From positions 3,348,001 through 3,412,000 of the forward strand of contig CP075493.1 of assembly GCA_021613535.1 (NCBI GenBank): DNA of 64,000 nt, read 5' to 3'. Source of the stretch: Adineta vaga. Lineage: Eukaryota; Animalia; Rotifera. Position 1 is the stretch's first letter. Each line of letters opens with the position of its first letter. A program made the position numbers and the translations under genes. A model generated the notes under the pieces. It was not told the origin of the DNA. It searched no databases and saw nothing but the letters and a program-made list of their open reading frames with translations. Positions 40,103 through 54,763 of the stretch are shown here, in pieces.

Positions 40103-43100
40103 ATGAAACTCGTGTTTTTGTTCGTATTCCTCTTTTCCCTATGTTCAGCAAATCGTTGGTATCGAATGTTTAATACTAATCATGATGATCCATGTATTGA
40201 TCGTCATAAACGTTTCCAACGTTGTATACCTGATTTTGTCAATGCAGCTTATCAAAAACCGATCTATATCTCATCGACATGTGGCAATTCTCCAAAAGAA
40301 TTTTGTAGTTTAACACAACTCAATCAAAAACAATCGATTGATTATTTAACGGATATGAATAATCCAAATAATTTAACGTGTTGGAAATCGGATTTAATCA
40401 AACAAGGAGAAAATGTCTCATTAGTTTTGTCATTGAAGAAAAAATTTGAATTAACTTATATTAGTTTACAATTTTGTGCTCAAAGTAAACCAGATGCTAT
40501 GGCAATTTTCAAAAGTATGGATATGGTAAGTCTCTCTTTGAAAGAACAAAAATATGAAAGAAGATCAAAACCTCTCTACTATTATTACTAAGGGTTTAAC
40601 ATGGATCCCATTACAATATTATTCCAATAATTGTGAAGATGTTTTTAATAAAAGTTCTCAAGGGATAATAACTCGTTCAAATGAACAAGAAGCTTTATGT
40701 ATTGATACGAAATCTCAACTATCATCAACAAGTGAATCACGTATTGCATTTAGTACACTTGAAGGACGTCCATCAGCATATGAATTCGATTCGAGTCCTG
40801 TTCTACAAGATTGGGTGACAGCAACAGATATTAAAATTGTTTTATTATCACCAAATATTGATATGAATTCTTATTCTGTTGCTGATTTTGCTGTCGGAGG
40901 ACGATGTAAATGTAATGGTCATGCATCCAAATGTATTCCCAATAGGTAAGATTGATAAAGTTGTTTTTATATCTCATATAATTCGTTTTCTAAACAAACT
41001 TTCATATATTCATTTTAATATATGCAATGACCGAGAGTGAACTATTGTCATATGCAAATCAAGTCAAGAACATGTCTCATGACTGGACAATTGTTCGATT
41101 ACATGATGTATATATGTGCTGCATATATACACATCGTTTGAACGTGACATTGTCTATCAATCAGCTGACAGACATCGAAATATTTCATCTCTTATCGATC
41201 GTATTAGTTGAATATAGAGACGAAGAAGATTTTAGATACCGACAAATTCTTCGATGACGGAATTAAGCATGAGAAAATATCCTTGAGCAACATCTTATTG
41301 TTACTTTTTATAATCAAGAAAAAGAATTATATGTTCCGCTAGATGAATCAGTTTTCTTTTTTCTTCGAATTTAATCGATTGACCGTGAACAATGCGGCAG
41401 CAGAAATGAAAATGTGTGAGTAAGATAATATGATTGACATAAAGAAAAAGAGAAACGCCGCATGGATATATGTATATATTCAATTAGACATGTCTAGAAA
41501 ATATAGACACGATTTTATGATGTGATTATAGTTAAGTTGTAAAAATCGCTTCTTATTCTTCACACTATCTCATTCCATGTTATTGTGTACTCGATTTAGT
41601 TCATTCGTATACCACACATATACACCATCAATGTGTGAGGCAAAAAGGTGATAAGGAATGATGATGCAGCATAACAAATACAGAGAAAATAGTGATCATC
41701 TTTCTCTCTCTCTCTTCTGCATAACGTTTGCTTAAACAAATGGGATTTGTTCATCACTGGATGAAATACATAGACAAATGTCACATACAGATATAGATGT
41801 ATACATAGAGACAGAAGCCATTGTTTCTGTTACTATTTATTTAAGTTAGTAATGCAAATAAGCATATCTATCTGATGAGAGAAAGATATCATCAAGTGAC
41901 CTTGTTTCGTCGGATATGAACTGTATAGATATTTATGAATATTGTATATTGTATACGAATGATTGTTAGAAACATTAATAGCGGATGTTCATGATGATGT
42001 AATACATTGATATATTGAAAAGTAGAGAGTGGACAAGTGACAATTGAATATTCAATGAGAAAAAGGTGTATATATGTGAGTTGAATGATCGATCGGTATG
42101 ATTGTCATCGACACATTCTTTCTTTTTTTGCACTTTCTCTCTCTTGTTAAATGATCAATCAAGATCGATTGTTTCTATTGTTAATAATTTTATTATTCAC
42201 AAGAGAAAAGAAAAACACGGAACTAGACAAAAAAGTATTTGATGTCATTATAGAAAAATTTCAATTTGAATTGATCAGTCACTTGAAACATGTTTTTATT
42301 TGAATATTTTTAGTGACGGTCGTTTAGTATGTGATTGTAAACATAATACAGCAGGCGATGAATGTGAACGTTGTAAAGATTTTCATTATGATCGTCCATG
42401 GGCTCGTTCAACTCAACGTGATGCAAATGAATGTGTCGGTAAGATGTTGTTTTATATCTGTTAGTTTATCTTCTGAAGAGTTTTGATTATGTATATTCGA
42501 ACTAAGACCATCTATTCTCTGCTCTAACACGTTGTCAAGTAAGGACACATATACGTGTCAAAGGTTAATTCTAGTTTGTAATTGCAATAAACATTCAACA
42601 AAATGTCGTTTTAATCTGGAATTATACAAAATGAGTGGACATAAATCTGGTGGTGTATGTCTTGATTGTCAACATAATACAGCTGGTCGATCATGTCATT
42701 ATTGTCGAGAAGGATTTACACGTGATTTAACTCAACCAATGACGAGTATTACAGCTTGTCGAGGTAGTACTAAAGAGTACCGAAAGTTGTTTTTCTCAAC
42801 GATCATATTTGTTGTATTTTATCGTTCATATGCACATATACATACACATACATCACAGAAGGAAAAAGAAAGCGAAAAAAGAAATGAAAACTTAAGGAAA
42901 TTTTCTTTGATTTTGCCCTGAGTTATCGTTATCGAAGATATTCTATGTGTATATATTTACAGCATGCAATTGTAACAATCATTCTCGACAATGTCGTTTC
43001 AATAAAGAACTCTATCTTCTTTCGGGAAGAAAATCAGGTGGAATCTGTATTCAATGCAAACATAATACTGTTGGTCGACATTGTAGTTATTGCAAAGAAA

Positions 43101-44687
43101 CATTTTATCGTGATTCAAATTTACCAATTACACATCCACAAATTTGTAAAGGTAATCAGTGAGGAAAAAGAAACCCGAAATCAATGCATGAATAAAATTA
43201 ATCATTTTCTTTTGCTTGGACCTTTTCCTTAATCTATTAGTTTGCCTTCTTTTTCCGCTCTGTGAATGTGTGTTCCTCACTATTTATTGCACTAACCTTG
43301 CATGTATTTGTAGAATGATTGTGTATGTCTCATTTTAATATAGATATATGTACGTATGTGTGTATGGCTCATTAGTGCTAAGTAGAGAATGATAGCATAT
43401 ATCCTGGCTATTGTTTGGAAGTATGTGTCGGTAAAAGGAAACATATATAAATATATTTGTATAGAAAGGAAACTATTGATGGTCTTTTCATGAGAAAGAA
43501 AAGAAAGTAGCAACGATCATTCATCCAAGGTTACCCGGAAATTCAGTTCTTTTGATGAGCCAGACTGCATATCAACAATGATAATTGTTAAAGAATATCT
43601 TTCATATTCCATTTTCTCTTAAATTAACGTAGTATCCATTAGCCAAATGGACAGCCTATCTACTATCGTATGTCTATATTCTAACAAGATAAATAAATAG
43701 AATCTAATGTCTAGTATAACTATCTCTCGGTACTAATAGTTTTGTCACACATACACATACATATGTCTATAAACATCGTAATTTAACAAGTAGTGAACAA
43801 GAATATCATTAAAATGATAAGAATAACTTTCAATGTCACTTTTTTTTCTGTCTACAGCATGTAATTGTCATCCGGTGGGTTCACGTGGAAAAGTATGCAA
43901 TCAAACAAGTGGTCAATGTCCATGTAAAGATGGTGTGACTGGTTTGAGATGTGATCGATGTTTAAAAGGTTATCAACAAACGAAATCACCGATTGCACCA
44001 TGCATAAGTAAGTATTCATCAACCTGTCTGTCTCATCATATTCAATTGCTTTTTATCAGGAAAAGTCAATTTACAAACGTACAATATCTATAATCAAGAT
44101 GACAATACACAACAATATCGTGAACAAGATGTTGTCGAAGATGAAGATATGTCTACGTCGACAACTACAAGTACAACAACAACGACAACAACTGCTCTCG
44201 CTACAGTAACAAAATATAATCCATCAATTGATATGGGACAATATTGTGGTGCATGTCGATATTATAGTCATCGTTTACATGTTAAAAAATATTGTAAACG
44301 AGATTACAGTAAGAAATTGAAATTCAAAAGTGATAAACTTCTAAGACAACCAAAATTTTTCTATTTCTTTTAGCTATTCATGCACGAGTAACCAATCGAC
44401 ATGATGCAGGTCAATGGGTATCTTATCTTCTAACAATTGTTCGAGTTTATAAAGATCGTCTTAATCGTATTCAAGAAAGTGAACAATGGGTATGGGTATC
44501 ACGTAAAGATGTTCAATGTGCTTGTCCTCGTTTGAAACTTGATAAACAATATTTATTAATGGGTTTTTATGATCAAATGCAAACATCATTAAGTCTTGAT
44601 CGTACATCAGTCGTTATTGAATGGCGACCACGAATGGAACAACGTATGAATCGTTTTCGAAGATATGAATTAAACAAGAAATGTTAA
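40103..44687 (+). CDS. NTN1: Netrin (LN domain, LE repeats, NTR/C345C domain) with a duplicated LE2 exon
   Basis: [117 protein letters not shown] at 44685-44687. Confidence 0.95.
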
Positions 44688-45891
44688 TAGAAAATTGAGC
44701 AAATTATTCAAAGTCAAATATAGAATATCATTCCGTAAAACATCGAACAAAACAAAAAATAAGCAAAAAGATAAATCAATTTTGTATATTTGTCGTGTGC
44801 GTGTGTGTGTGTTGTTCATTTTTTTAATTGTTAATTTGGTGTCAGTAAAATTTAGCATTACGAGAAAGAAAAGAAAGTCATTTTCATTTGATTGTATAAT
44901 ACGTTTTTTTCTTCTAAATTATTCGATAGATAGAACGACGTTTGCAGACTGTCGTCATCAAACGTCCATTAACCAGATGGATCATTTGACTCAATTGAGC
45001 AAAACTTTGTTTGTTACTAAGGACAATTAAATATCTCATATAAACAAAAAAAGAAAAGGAGAAGGACGGGTCATTCGCCGTCGGGTGAAGATCATGTCCA
45101 CTTGAAGAAAAGAGATTAATCGATGGTAAATCTTCATTAGTACAAAATGACCACTAATGCAAAACGGAAGTAAATGTGAAGAGAATAAGTGCCGCTAGAA
45201 ATTAGCATTGGAACAAAGAAGAAGAAGAAGACGAAGAGTGTCAAATGAAATCTAGACAAGATATTTAATACTATTAATTTGTTCAAATTTTATGCTTCAA
45301 TTCAGACAAAAGTAATTCTTGTTGAAATTAACAATCAGCCAGCTATTTCAAGGATAAAGTTCTATATTGAACATTCATTTTTTTTTAATATTCTCTTCGC
45401 GTATGTAACTTGAACAGCAGGAGGAGATTCTTTACGGACAGTGTGATATCAAGAAAAACGAATATCACACTATGAACAAAAAGTAAACGAATTCAATTAC
45501 AAATAAGATTTTATTAATGAAAAGAAAAAGAAACTTTTATCTGATAAACAGATGACGGTTTAATGTTTCAGACTTTGGTCTTTTCAATTAAATATGAATC
45601 TTTCATTCTACGATGATAAAACATTGTATTCATTTGTACATCAAGCTTCTGATTTATTCGGCTAATTAGTTTAAATAAAAACAGTGTTATTTCACACATT
45701 TGCTCTAATGATTTATAATCCTATTGCTAAAAGTGTCGGTAAAGAAATAGAATGTGTTAGAATGATATGCAAATTTTCGTGTATGAATAGTAAAAATGAA
45801 AACATCTGATTAGATTCTCAGGAAAATACGAGCCCATAAATGGGTTAAATTAAAATCTTTATCGGTGCAAAAAAAATTCGAACGACGAAGG

Positions 45892-47154
45892 ATGATATTT
45901 CAATATTTTATAATTGTATTTTTGAGTTTTGTTTTTGTTTATGGAATACAATGGCCAGTTCCATATGAACGTGTTACGAGTCGACCAACAAATAATCCCT
46001 ATTGTCAAGCAGGATTGATTCCATTTTGTGCACCTGGAAAAACAGAAGATGCAATGATTTTTGCAGATGATGATAATGATACAATTGAAATCTTTGCATT
46101 GAAAAAACCTGTTTGGTCATTTAAATTTGGTGATTTAATGGCTAAATTTGTAAGTGTTTGTTTGTTTGTTTACTTGTTCGTTAGTAATTTTTTATTGATA
46201 GAAAATTATGCATGATGCATTGGGTTTTCGTAGTCAAAAAACAGGTCGAAATTGGACAATGGAATGGTAACGAAGTCTATGAAACTAAGATAACAATCAA
46301 TAAATTTTTCTATAGGTATGAATTAGATCAATTATTCAATTGCACATTTCCACACGTACTTCAAAATGATACATTCATCTGGTGTGATCAAGGTAGAAGA
46401 TAGTATCTTTGATTATAATTATTTTTCTAATTATAGGTGCTCTCTGTGTCTATGATGGCATCGTTGATTCGATGTGGAATGGTTCATCTGATTTGAGTAT
46501 GTTGAAAAAAGTTGGTCAAATCTACGGTAAGATCAATTTATTTTCATCTATGTATATATATATATATATCAAATTATTTGTTTTTCGTTATAGGCAAAGA
46601 TTATAATAGCTGGGCAACATGGGCAGTCAGTGATAATAATACGGGTGTTTATTATGAAACATGGACAGCATATTCAGATCCGGGTAGATACTTCTTGAAA
46701 TTGAATGTCTGATGATATTTTTCTTTTTCTTTCTTCAGGTTCTGATTCTACAATGTATTTTGATTCGTATGATTGTGCTAGTTTTGTTATTCGTGGATTA
46801 AATCATTTGCACTATTATGGTGCGCAAATATTGCCAGATGTGCATTTGAATTATACACGTTTGAATATCTATACACATGAACCAGAATTACTTGGTACAT
46901 ATGATCAAATTGTTCAAAATCGAACTCTTCATGATGATTTTATAAGTTTTTACCGTGAATTTGATTCAAAGAAACCTAAAACAGAAGATTGGATTAAAGC
47001 AATGGTACAAATTTATGAAACATTTTATTTAACTCGACGTTTCTATTTCTATTACAATAATGTCTATTGGTATATGAAATTAAAAGAATCAACACCATTA
47101 AAAGTCACATTCGATGAAGTTCCAATTACTTCTCTTTTGAATAAAATAAAATAA
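45892..47154 (+). CDS. CLN5: Ceroid-lipofuscinosis neuronal protein 5 homolog (lysosomal BMP synthase)
   Basis: WPVPY, YCQA, PVWSFKFGDLM, HDALGF, TMEWYEL..LFNCTFPH, YYETW, DSYDCASFV, LNYTRL. Multiple short introns. Confidence 0.92.
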
Positions 47155-47510
47155 ACTAATCAGAAAGAAAATGTGATTACTATATCAAAACGGTTTTCCC
47201 TCAAAAAAAATAAAAACCTCAGCGTATAAACAAATATTTCTGTTGATTCTTTGTATGTAAACGAATAACATAATTGTAATGTATGCACTTCAATTATTTG
47301 TCATGCTTGATTTGCCTGTATGTCGATGTTTTTTCTCTGGTTTTTTTTCATGGTCTTGTGTTCGAAACGAAGTATGACTCGTTTCTTCATCAATTAACAA
47401 ACGTACACTAATGTTTATTTTTGTGTAACCTTCAGCATTCGTTTTTGCTTTCGTATGTATCATTATAGTTTACAATTCAACACGTTGTTTTGTTTTATAC
47501 GAAAACAAAT

Positions 47511-49229
47511 ATGATGTATAATTACGATCGGCGTCCTTCGGATCTAGATTCTGCATCATCATCGGTAACATCTGATGTGACGTCTCGCGCAACAACCATA
47601 CAAAACTCATGGAGTGCAACAACTTTACAAGAAAAATTGAGACAATTAAGTCAATATAATATTCGTCCAATAGATGATGATCAATCATCGGTATCGACAG
47701 ATATGACTGCACAAGAGACCACTGTTATTCAAATGAATAACGATGCACAAAGAAATCATAGCAATTCATCCAATGATAACAATACAGTTAATCAACAACA
47801 ACAACAACAACAACCGTGGATCAATCCATATTGGGGTGTAAATTCGAATTCAGAAACGACAACAACACAATCGGAAACAAATCATACTAGCGAGTAAGAA
47901 ATGATTTGATTGATTAGTAATGAAATAGTTTCATATATTTTACTGATTTTATAAAGTTCCTCGCCGCAAAAGCATGTCAAACAACTTATTCCCGGTTCAA
48001 TTCTAATCAACGATCAAGGCGAAATAGATGATGCATTATGGAAGAAAAATGCTGGTATTAATTCGAGTACATCTAGTGCATCATTTAATCCAGGTGGTGA
48101 GTATGTTTCTGATGAAAATGGTGGTGGTGGTGGTTTTCTTGCGCCAACACATATTCAACGTCGAGCTGTACCATCATCATCGTCTGGACAAACAGTACAA
48201 TCTGGAAATGTAAGTTTATCAAATCAACCACCCTCAAGTTCTTCAACTACGAGTACTCCTAGTACTCAACCATGGATCAATCCATATTGGCCACAATCAA
48301 ATCAAAACAATGATGATCATATTCAAACTAATGATTCTAAGCAAAATGCAGGAAACAAATCTCCTGTCTATATTAATACGTCTCCAAAAGCAACAAGATC
48401 GACTGATTTCTGGCAACAATCTCACTGGGTCGATAATAATACATCTAATCAGAATAGATTACCTACAGAATCAGCTTCCTCTCCACCTAAAATCCTACCA
48501 GTTCCATTTTTTTATGAACGTATTTATCCTCCACCTGCTCCATCGTCTTCTCCAACGAATAAAAAATCTGGAGTAACACATTCTATCAGAAAATCTGAAG
48601 CACATATTCACGATGACGATGAAAATGCCAGTGATGATTTACCATATACATTTGATAGTCCAAATGTTGTACGTTATCGAGCAGGACCACCATCGCCACC
48701 AAACATGAGAAATAAAAACGTTAATATCAATTCAACATTAACAGCAGCTCCCTATCCAATGTCATCTACAGCAAAATCTAACTTCTCTCAATATGCATCA
48801 ACGACTATATCAATGACTCCATCATTTTCAACTAATATTCTACCTACTCTATTTCCTAATCGTAGTGAATATTCTCCATCTGTACTTCAATATAATATTC
48901 CTTCCTTATCAAATTCGATCACTATTCTTACTGAAGAAGAAATCCATAGTATTCATGATGCACTTCGTTTGCTTCAAACTAATCCCAATGCAATACCTGT
49001 TATCGAAACATCTAATCATATTAAATCATCGCCATCACCAACGATTAATCATCAAAGTAATCCTTTCTCATCCTTTACTCCTTCATCCCGAGCACAATCA
49101 TCAATTTCTTCTCGAAATGTACAGTTCAATATTCAACAAACACCAGCATTCTCAATGCCCAGCTATCCGGGAACGACACGTAAATCTTTACAACAATTAA
49201 CAAAACAAGGCAAAGTAGTTCTTATTTAA
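47511..49229 (+). CDS. ~551-aa Ser/Thr/Pro/Gln-rich intrinsically disordered protein
   Basis: Exons 47511-47893 and 47957-49229 are in frame (1656 nt) with no stops. Repeated QPWINPYW motif. Confidence 0.7.
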
Positions 49230-49347
49230 AATATCGATTTGATTTTCTTTTCCAAATAAAAAAAACACCATTGAAAAATCTTCTTATTTACTAATTTCAA
49301 AGATTTTATTTAGATCCTCTTTTATTTTTTCAAACGATAAACAATGA

Positions 49348-51531
49348 TCAAGCCGTTGATGATCGAGATTGTGGTGCAATAAATAATCTTGTATTGAATC
49401 GCTGTTTCGATACTTTGAGTAATTTAAATTTTCGATCACAAGCAAGAAATATTAGTATAAATATGAATTGAAAACAACCGAGAACAAAGAAATAAACATA
49501 GAATAGATCAGGTTCATATGCAGCTTTGCACTAAAGATAAAATTAATAGGAAGATTAGATAAATACATCAAAACAAAGAATTACTGATGAATTTTCGAAT
49601 GCAAGATCTTCTTTGATTTTAACAAATATACCAATATAAAACGAACCAAAAAAGGATGATAAACCAGCAGAACAAAATCGAAGACTCATTATTAATGATT
49701 GTGCGGAACGTGGTGCAGCCAAATATGCAAATTCTAAACTTGCCACTGATGCAAATACTTCGGAAAGACCAATACCAATATACTGTGGAAATTGATAAAA
49801 TATTGACATATCAGCAGCAGTATAATTAGTTTTTCCTAGAACGTTACATAGAAAATTCGAGGAAAGATGTACGTATTCAGTGCTTACCAATAATTTGTGA
49901 TATAGTTGGTTGTGAATCACATAATTTTTGACGATAGATTTCTACAGTACCTGCCAAACACATGGCAATCGTTGCTGAAATCATACCAAAAGTAATTCGA
50001 GATCGTATTGAAATAGAACGTCCACTCGCTTCAAGACGTTTATAGACGAAAGTATTAAGAAAAAAAATGGCAACTAAAGGAAGAAAAAAAACCCATTGTA
50101 TTCTTTGGAATTTCTTCAACACAATAATTATAACGATACGTACCAATGATAATCATTTGATCACCAAGTGAAAGCCAAATAACAGGCATATAATGAATAC
50201 CTTGATCAGTTCGAAAGAATTTCATTACTTTCATATGCACACCTTGTACAAGAAATGTTGTTTCAATCTAATTCAACTACAATCTCAATCATCATTCAAA
50301 ATGATAGAATTATTTTTACTTGAAAATATAAAAGCCAATATGGTATCAACAGAAGAAAGACAACAATAATACGCCGAAGTGATTTGATATCATTCACAAT
50401 TCGATCAGAAAATCGACCATTATTTCCTACTTTTGCATAGTCTAAAAACGACCATGATTGTTCACTTGTTGTCAAGGAAAATTGATCACTGTATTCAGTG
50501 GGAGTATCTAACAATTTTGTTGAACTATTCTGTCTTCGATTATTCTTTGATATTTGTAAATTTCGTCGATGTTTTCTCCATGTTTGAAAAGCATTTATAA
50601 ACACTGGAATTAGATTACTAATTACTGAATCATATGGTTGAACATGAATACAAAATCGATAGCCAATTAAAAAGAAAACTAACGCAATAATTAACAAAGC
50701 TGCTGGAATAACATAACCAATGAAATAACTATCATTCTGTTGCCCATAGGCAATGAAAGCAAATGCAATCAAACCACCTATATTAACGGCAGCGTAATAT
50801 TTATCAAAATATTGTGTAGTTGCTTTTTGTTCTCGAACTTGTTCAGCACCAAATACAGCCATATTAGCTTGTACTGCACCAACACCAATCGCTCTATAAA
50901 AGAAACAAACAAATCAACTTCATATAGAAATAATAAAACAATTCTACTAACGTAAAAACTAATGTCGAAAGAATTTGAGGAATACATTGTTCTTGAAAAA
51001 ACTCCAGTGTATCCGTTCTTGTTACATTCATCGTACCACAGAATGTACTATATAAACCATATTGATCATTATCGGAAAATAATGAAATAAATACATAACC
51101 AATAATATATAAGAGAAATCCTAGAGAAGAAAATGTAAATAAAATACATTGATGAAAATAAATTACCGATGATAATAGTTTTTGCACGACCAAGTTTACC
51201 ATCACTGATCCAAGCAAAAATAATTGCTGATATGTAACTTGTACCTAAACGAAAAGTGAGACGATATTTGATAGAAAGGCTTTATCTTACCAAGAAATAT
51301 AAATGAAGCAGTGACACTATGAAGTGGTGTCCAATGAATATTTTCTGATGTGAGAAAAATAACAAGATTTCCTGCTAAGGAATAGAAAGCTAAACGTTCT
51401 AAACCAGCACTTATTAAAATCAACCAAACGGATAGTTTTCGTTGAAAACTAGTTCGATTATCAGGTGTATTTGGAATACTTGACGAATGAAAAATTAATG
51501 GAGATAATTCATCTCTATTTGTATCTGTCAT
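49348..51531 (-). CDS. SLC15A4: SLC15A4-like POT/PTR2 peptide/histidine transporter, tandem copy 1
   Basis: DELSPLI dileucine signal, ERLAFYSL, SDGKLGRAKTI, FGAEQ, QFPQY.GIGLSEVFASVASLEFAYLAAP. Confidence 0.9.
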
Positions 51532-52088
51532 CTAAATAAATAATAATAATAATATGATTTACTTATTATCATTGACGGAAAACAGTTATAGACACCTTCA
51601 GTTTACCTATGATATAATATAAAAGTAAATCTTGTCAATGGTTTATCATGTTGTCAATTTTGTATAGATAAGATATGAAAAGATTAATATTACTTGCTGG
51701 TTTTGCTAAAGAATAGTTGAGAAGGAAATTTAGACAATGAGTCAAAAGTATCATTTACTATCTTACTCACTATTGAGTAAAATATAATATAAAAAACTAG
51801 CTGTGTATGATCTTGTAAGCTAGTTTTTGTTTTAGAACATATTGAATGTGTCATATCTATCCGTATTTATATCATTAATGTATGTAAAATGCTTTCTTTC
51901 CGACAGCGGTATGTAAAGAACATTGATTTGTAAATGAAAATTGTTCGTTTCTTTTTTTACAAAGTATTCATCACACGGACATATTTTGAAAAGACAATAT
52001 TTTCAAAAACTAACACATAAATGAAACAAAATAAATGCGAATAACGGCCATAACAGCGAAGTCGCAATAAATTGAAGAAAACAAAAAA

Positions 52089-54238
52089 TCAAGTAGTTCT
52101 AGTTTCCGAATTTGACGAGAGGAAATGACGAAGATTACGATGATGATTTGGTACTTTCAAAATCTTAAATTTTCGATTACATTCAACAAAAACTAAGACA
52201 AAAACAAGTTGAAGACCGGCCAAAATAAAGAAATAACTGTAATATCGATCATCATTATGATAATTCTCTGTTGTATGATTTCCATTCTACAAAAGAAAAA
52301 ATGAATATAAAGAATTCGTTTTTTTTCTTCGTTTTCTACTATCATACTTCAATTGATAAGAGACCAACTATACCCGAGCCAAAAAATGATGATAAACCAG
52401 CAGAACAAAATCGAAGACTCATTATTAATGATTGTGCTGATTGTGGTGCAGCCAAATAAGCAAATTCAAGACTGGCAACAGATGTAAATACTTCGGAAAG
52501 ACCAATACCAACATATTGAGGAAATTGAAAGAACACACTCATATTTGCTGCGACGTATTCTTTACCCGCTGAATGAACAAAATTCAATTAAAACAAAATG
52601 CACAGTTGAAACATATACATACCGATAATCTGAGTAAAATTTTGAGTTTTACAAATATTTTGACGAAAGATTTCGACAGTACCTGCCATACACATGGAGA
52701 GTGCTGCAGAAATCATTCCGATTACAATACGAGTATTGATAGGAAATGATCGACCACTAGCTTGTAAACGTTTATAAACAAATGTATTGAGAAGAAAGAT
52801 GGTCACTAGAACACAAAGAAGATATTGAATGTAGAGCGTAATTCATTAGAATTACTTACCAATGATAATAATTTGATTTGCAAGTGAAAGCCAGACAACT
52901 GGCATTCGTCGAAATGATGTAGGTAATTTCATATGAGCACCTTGAACAATAAACGTTGTTTCTACCTATATAAAATATTGTTTTCTATCTTTAGAAATCA
53001 ATCGAAAGAAAATCTAGTCTACGTACTTGAACATATAGAAGCCAATAAGGTGTTAGTAATAAGAAAACAGCAATAATACGTCGCAGTGATTTGATATCAT
53101 TCACAATTCCATCAGGAAATCGACCATTATTTTCTGCTTTAGCATAATCCAAAAATGACCATGATGGTCTACTAACAGTAAATGATAAATAATCTGTACT
53201 ATCACCTTCTGTTTCTACAACGGGTTCATTTTGATTAATGATTCCCACTTGAGTTCTTCGTTGATTTCGCCATGATTGAAATGCATTGATTACAATTGGA
53301 AGAAATTCAGTAATGACAGAATCTTCTGGTCTAACATGAATATAATATTTGTAACCAAGAAGGAAAAGTATAAAAGATAATAATAATAATACACCTGGAA
53401 CTAAATATCCAATGAAATAATCTTTATTGATTTGTAAATATGCAATAGCACCGAATGCTAGAAGACCACCAGTATTTACAGCAGCATAATAGATATCAAA
53501 ATAACGTGTTCTATGCCTTTGTTCTCGAACTTGATCAGCACCAAAAACGGCCATATTCGCTTGAACTGCGCCAACACCAATAGCACTATAGAAGAACAGA
53601 ACAAGTCAAATTTCAATCCGCATTACAGAGCAGTTTATCTTTACGTTAGAATCAAAGTAGGAAGAATATATTCAATACAAAGTTCATGAAAGAAATCAGA
53701 TTTCGGTATTTCTGTTGTATTATTACGTATTGGACACCAATTTTGATGCATATGTTCATTTGCGAATAAAATCATAAGTGTATAGCCAATACTGTAAAAA
53801 ATAAATCCTAAAATAAATTCATTACAAGTGAGATAATTGTTGAACGTTAGTGAATTACCAATAAGAATTGTTTTTGCACGACCCAATCTACCATCACTAA
53901 TCCAAGCGAAGATTAATGCCGAAATATAACTTGTTCCTTTGGAAAAGTTAATTATATTTTAAATTGATTCTTTTTCGTAAGATTTTGTTTTCTTTACCGA
54001 GAAAAATGAGTGGTGCAATGATTGTATGTGGAAATCGCCAGTTAATTAATTTTGAATCGAGAAAAAATGTTAGATTACCTGCTAGAGAATAGAATGCTAA
54101 TCGTTCGAAACCGGCACTGAATAAAATCAAATAAACAGCAAGATTTCGTTGAAATGGAGTTCTTTGATCAGTTCTCGATAAAGTTCGATTTGATATTGAT
54201 ACTAATGGCGTTACTTCATCTGCTGTTATTTCGCTCAT
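52089..54238 (-). CDS. SLC15A4: SLC15A4-like POT/PTR2 transporter, tandem copy 2
   Basis: DEVTPLV, ERLAFYSL, FGADQ, same C-terminal motifs and near-identical intron layout to copy 1. Confidence 0.9.
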
Positions 54239-54763
54239 CTAAAGTCAAAACATCACACTCAATCATCATCATCGTCAATTACAAAACCTATTACTTTGTT
54301 TTTTTTTCAAATTTATTTTTGATAAATTAGATGTATATACAATTGATTAGTCAAACAAAGTTTAGTCATAATAATCCACATAAAAAACAAATTTATTTTC
54401 TATCTAAAATACATTATAATATCAGATTATAATCATATATCAATCGTGACAAATTGATTCTTTTTCATTAATTTTTCATCAAAACCTATCGTATGAGTCA
54501 AACAATTCTTTCATGCGTCATGCCCACACGTACGTAAACTTTCCAACAATAACCTACACGATATCAATCTTGATCGTTATTGGGAGAGAAAAAAAAACAA
54601 TTATTTGGAAAAAAAACCTTATTTATATTTCCTTTATTGACTACAACAAACGTCCTACACGATTGTAGGAGTCATGTTCCGCATGGTTACATTTTGTTGT
54701 TTCATTCGATATTTAGGTGAAGAGAGCAAACATTTCTTTTACTAACTGATATTCAGAAGAATA

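Noticed and set aside
51792-51828. 11-bp inverted repeat AAAAACTAGCT...AGCTAGTTTTT
   Set aside because: Too short and AT-rich for a MITE or miRNA; no target-site duplication seen.
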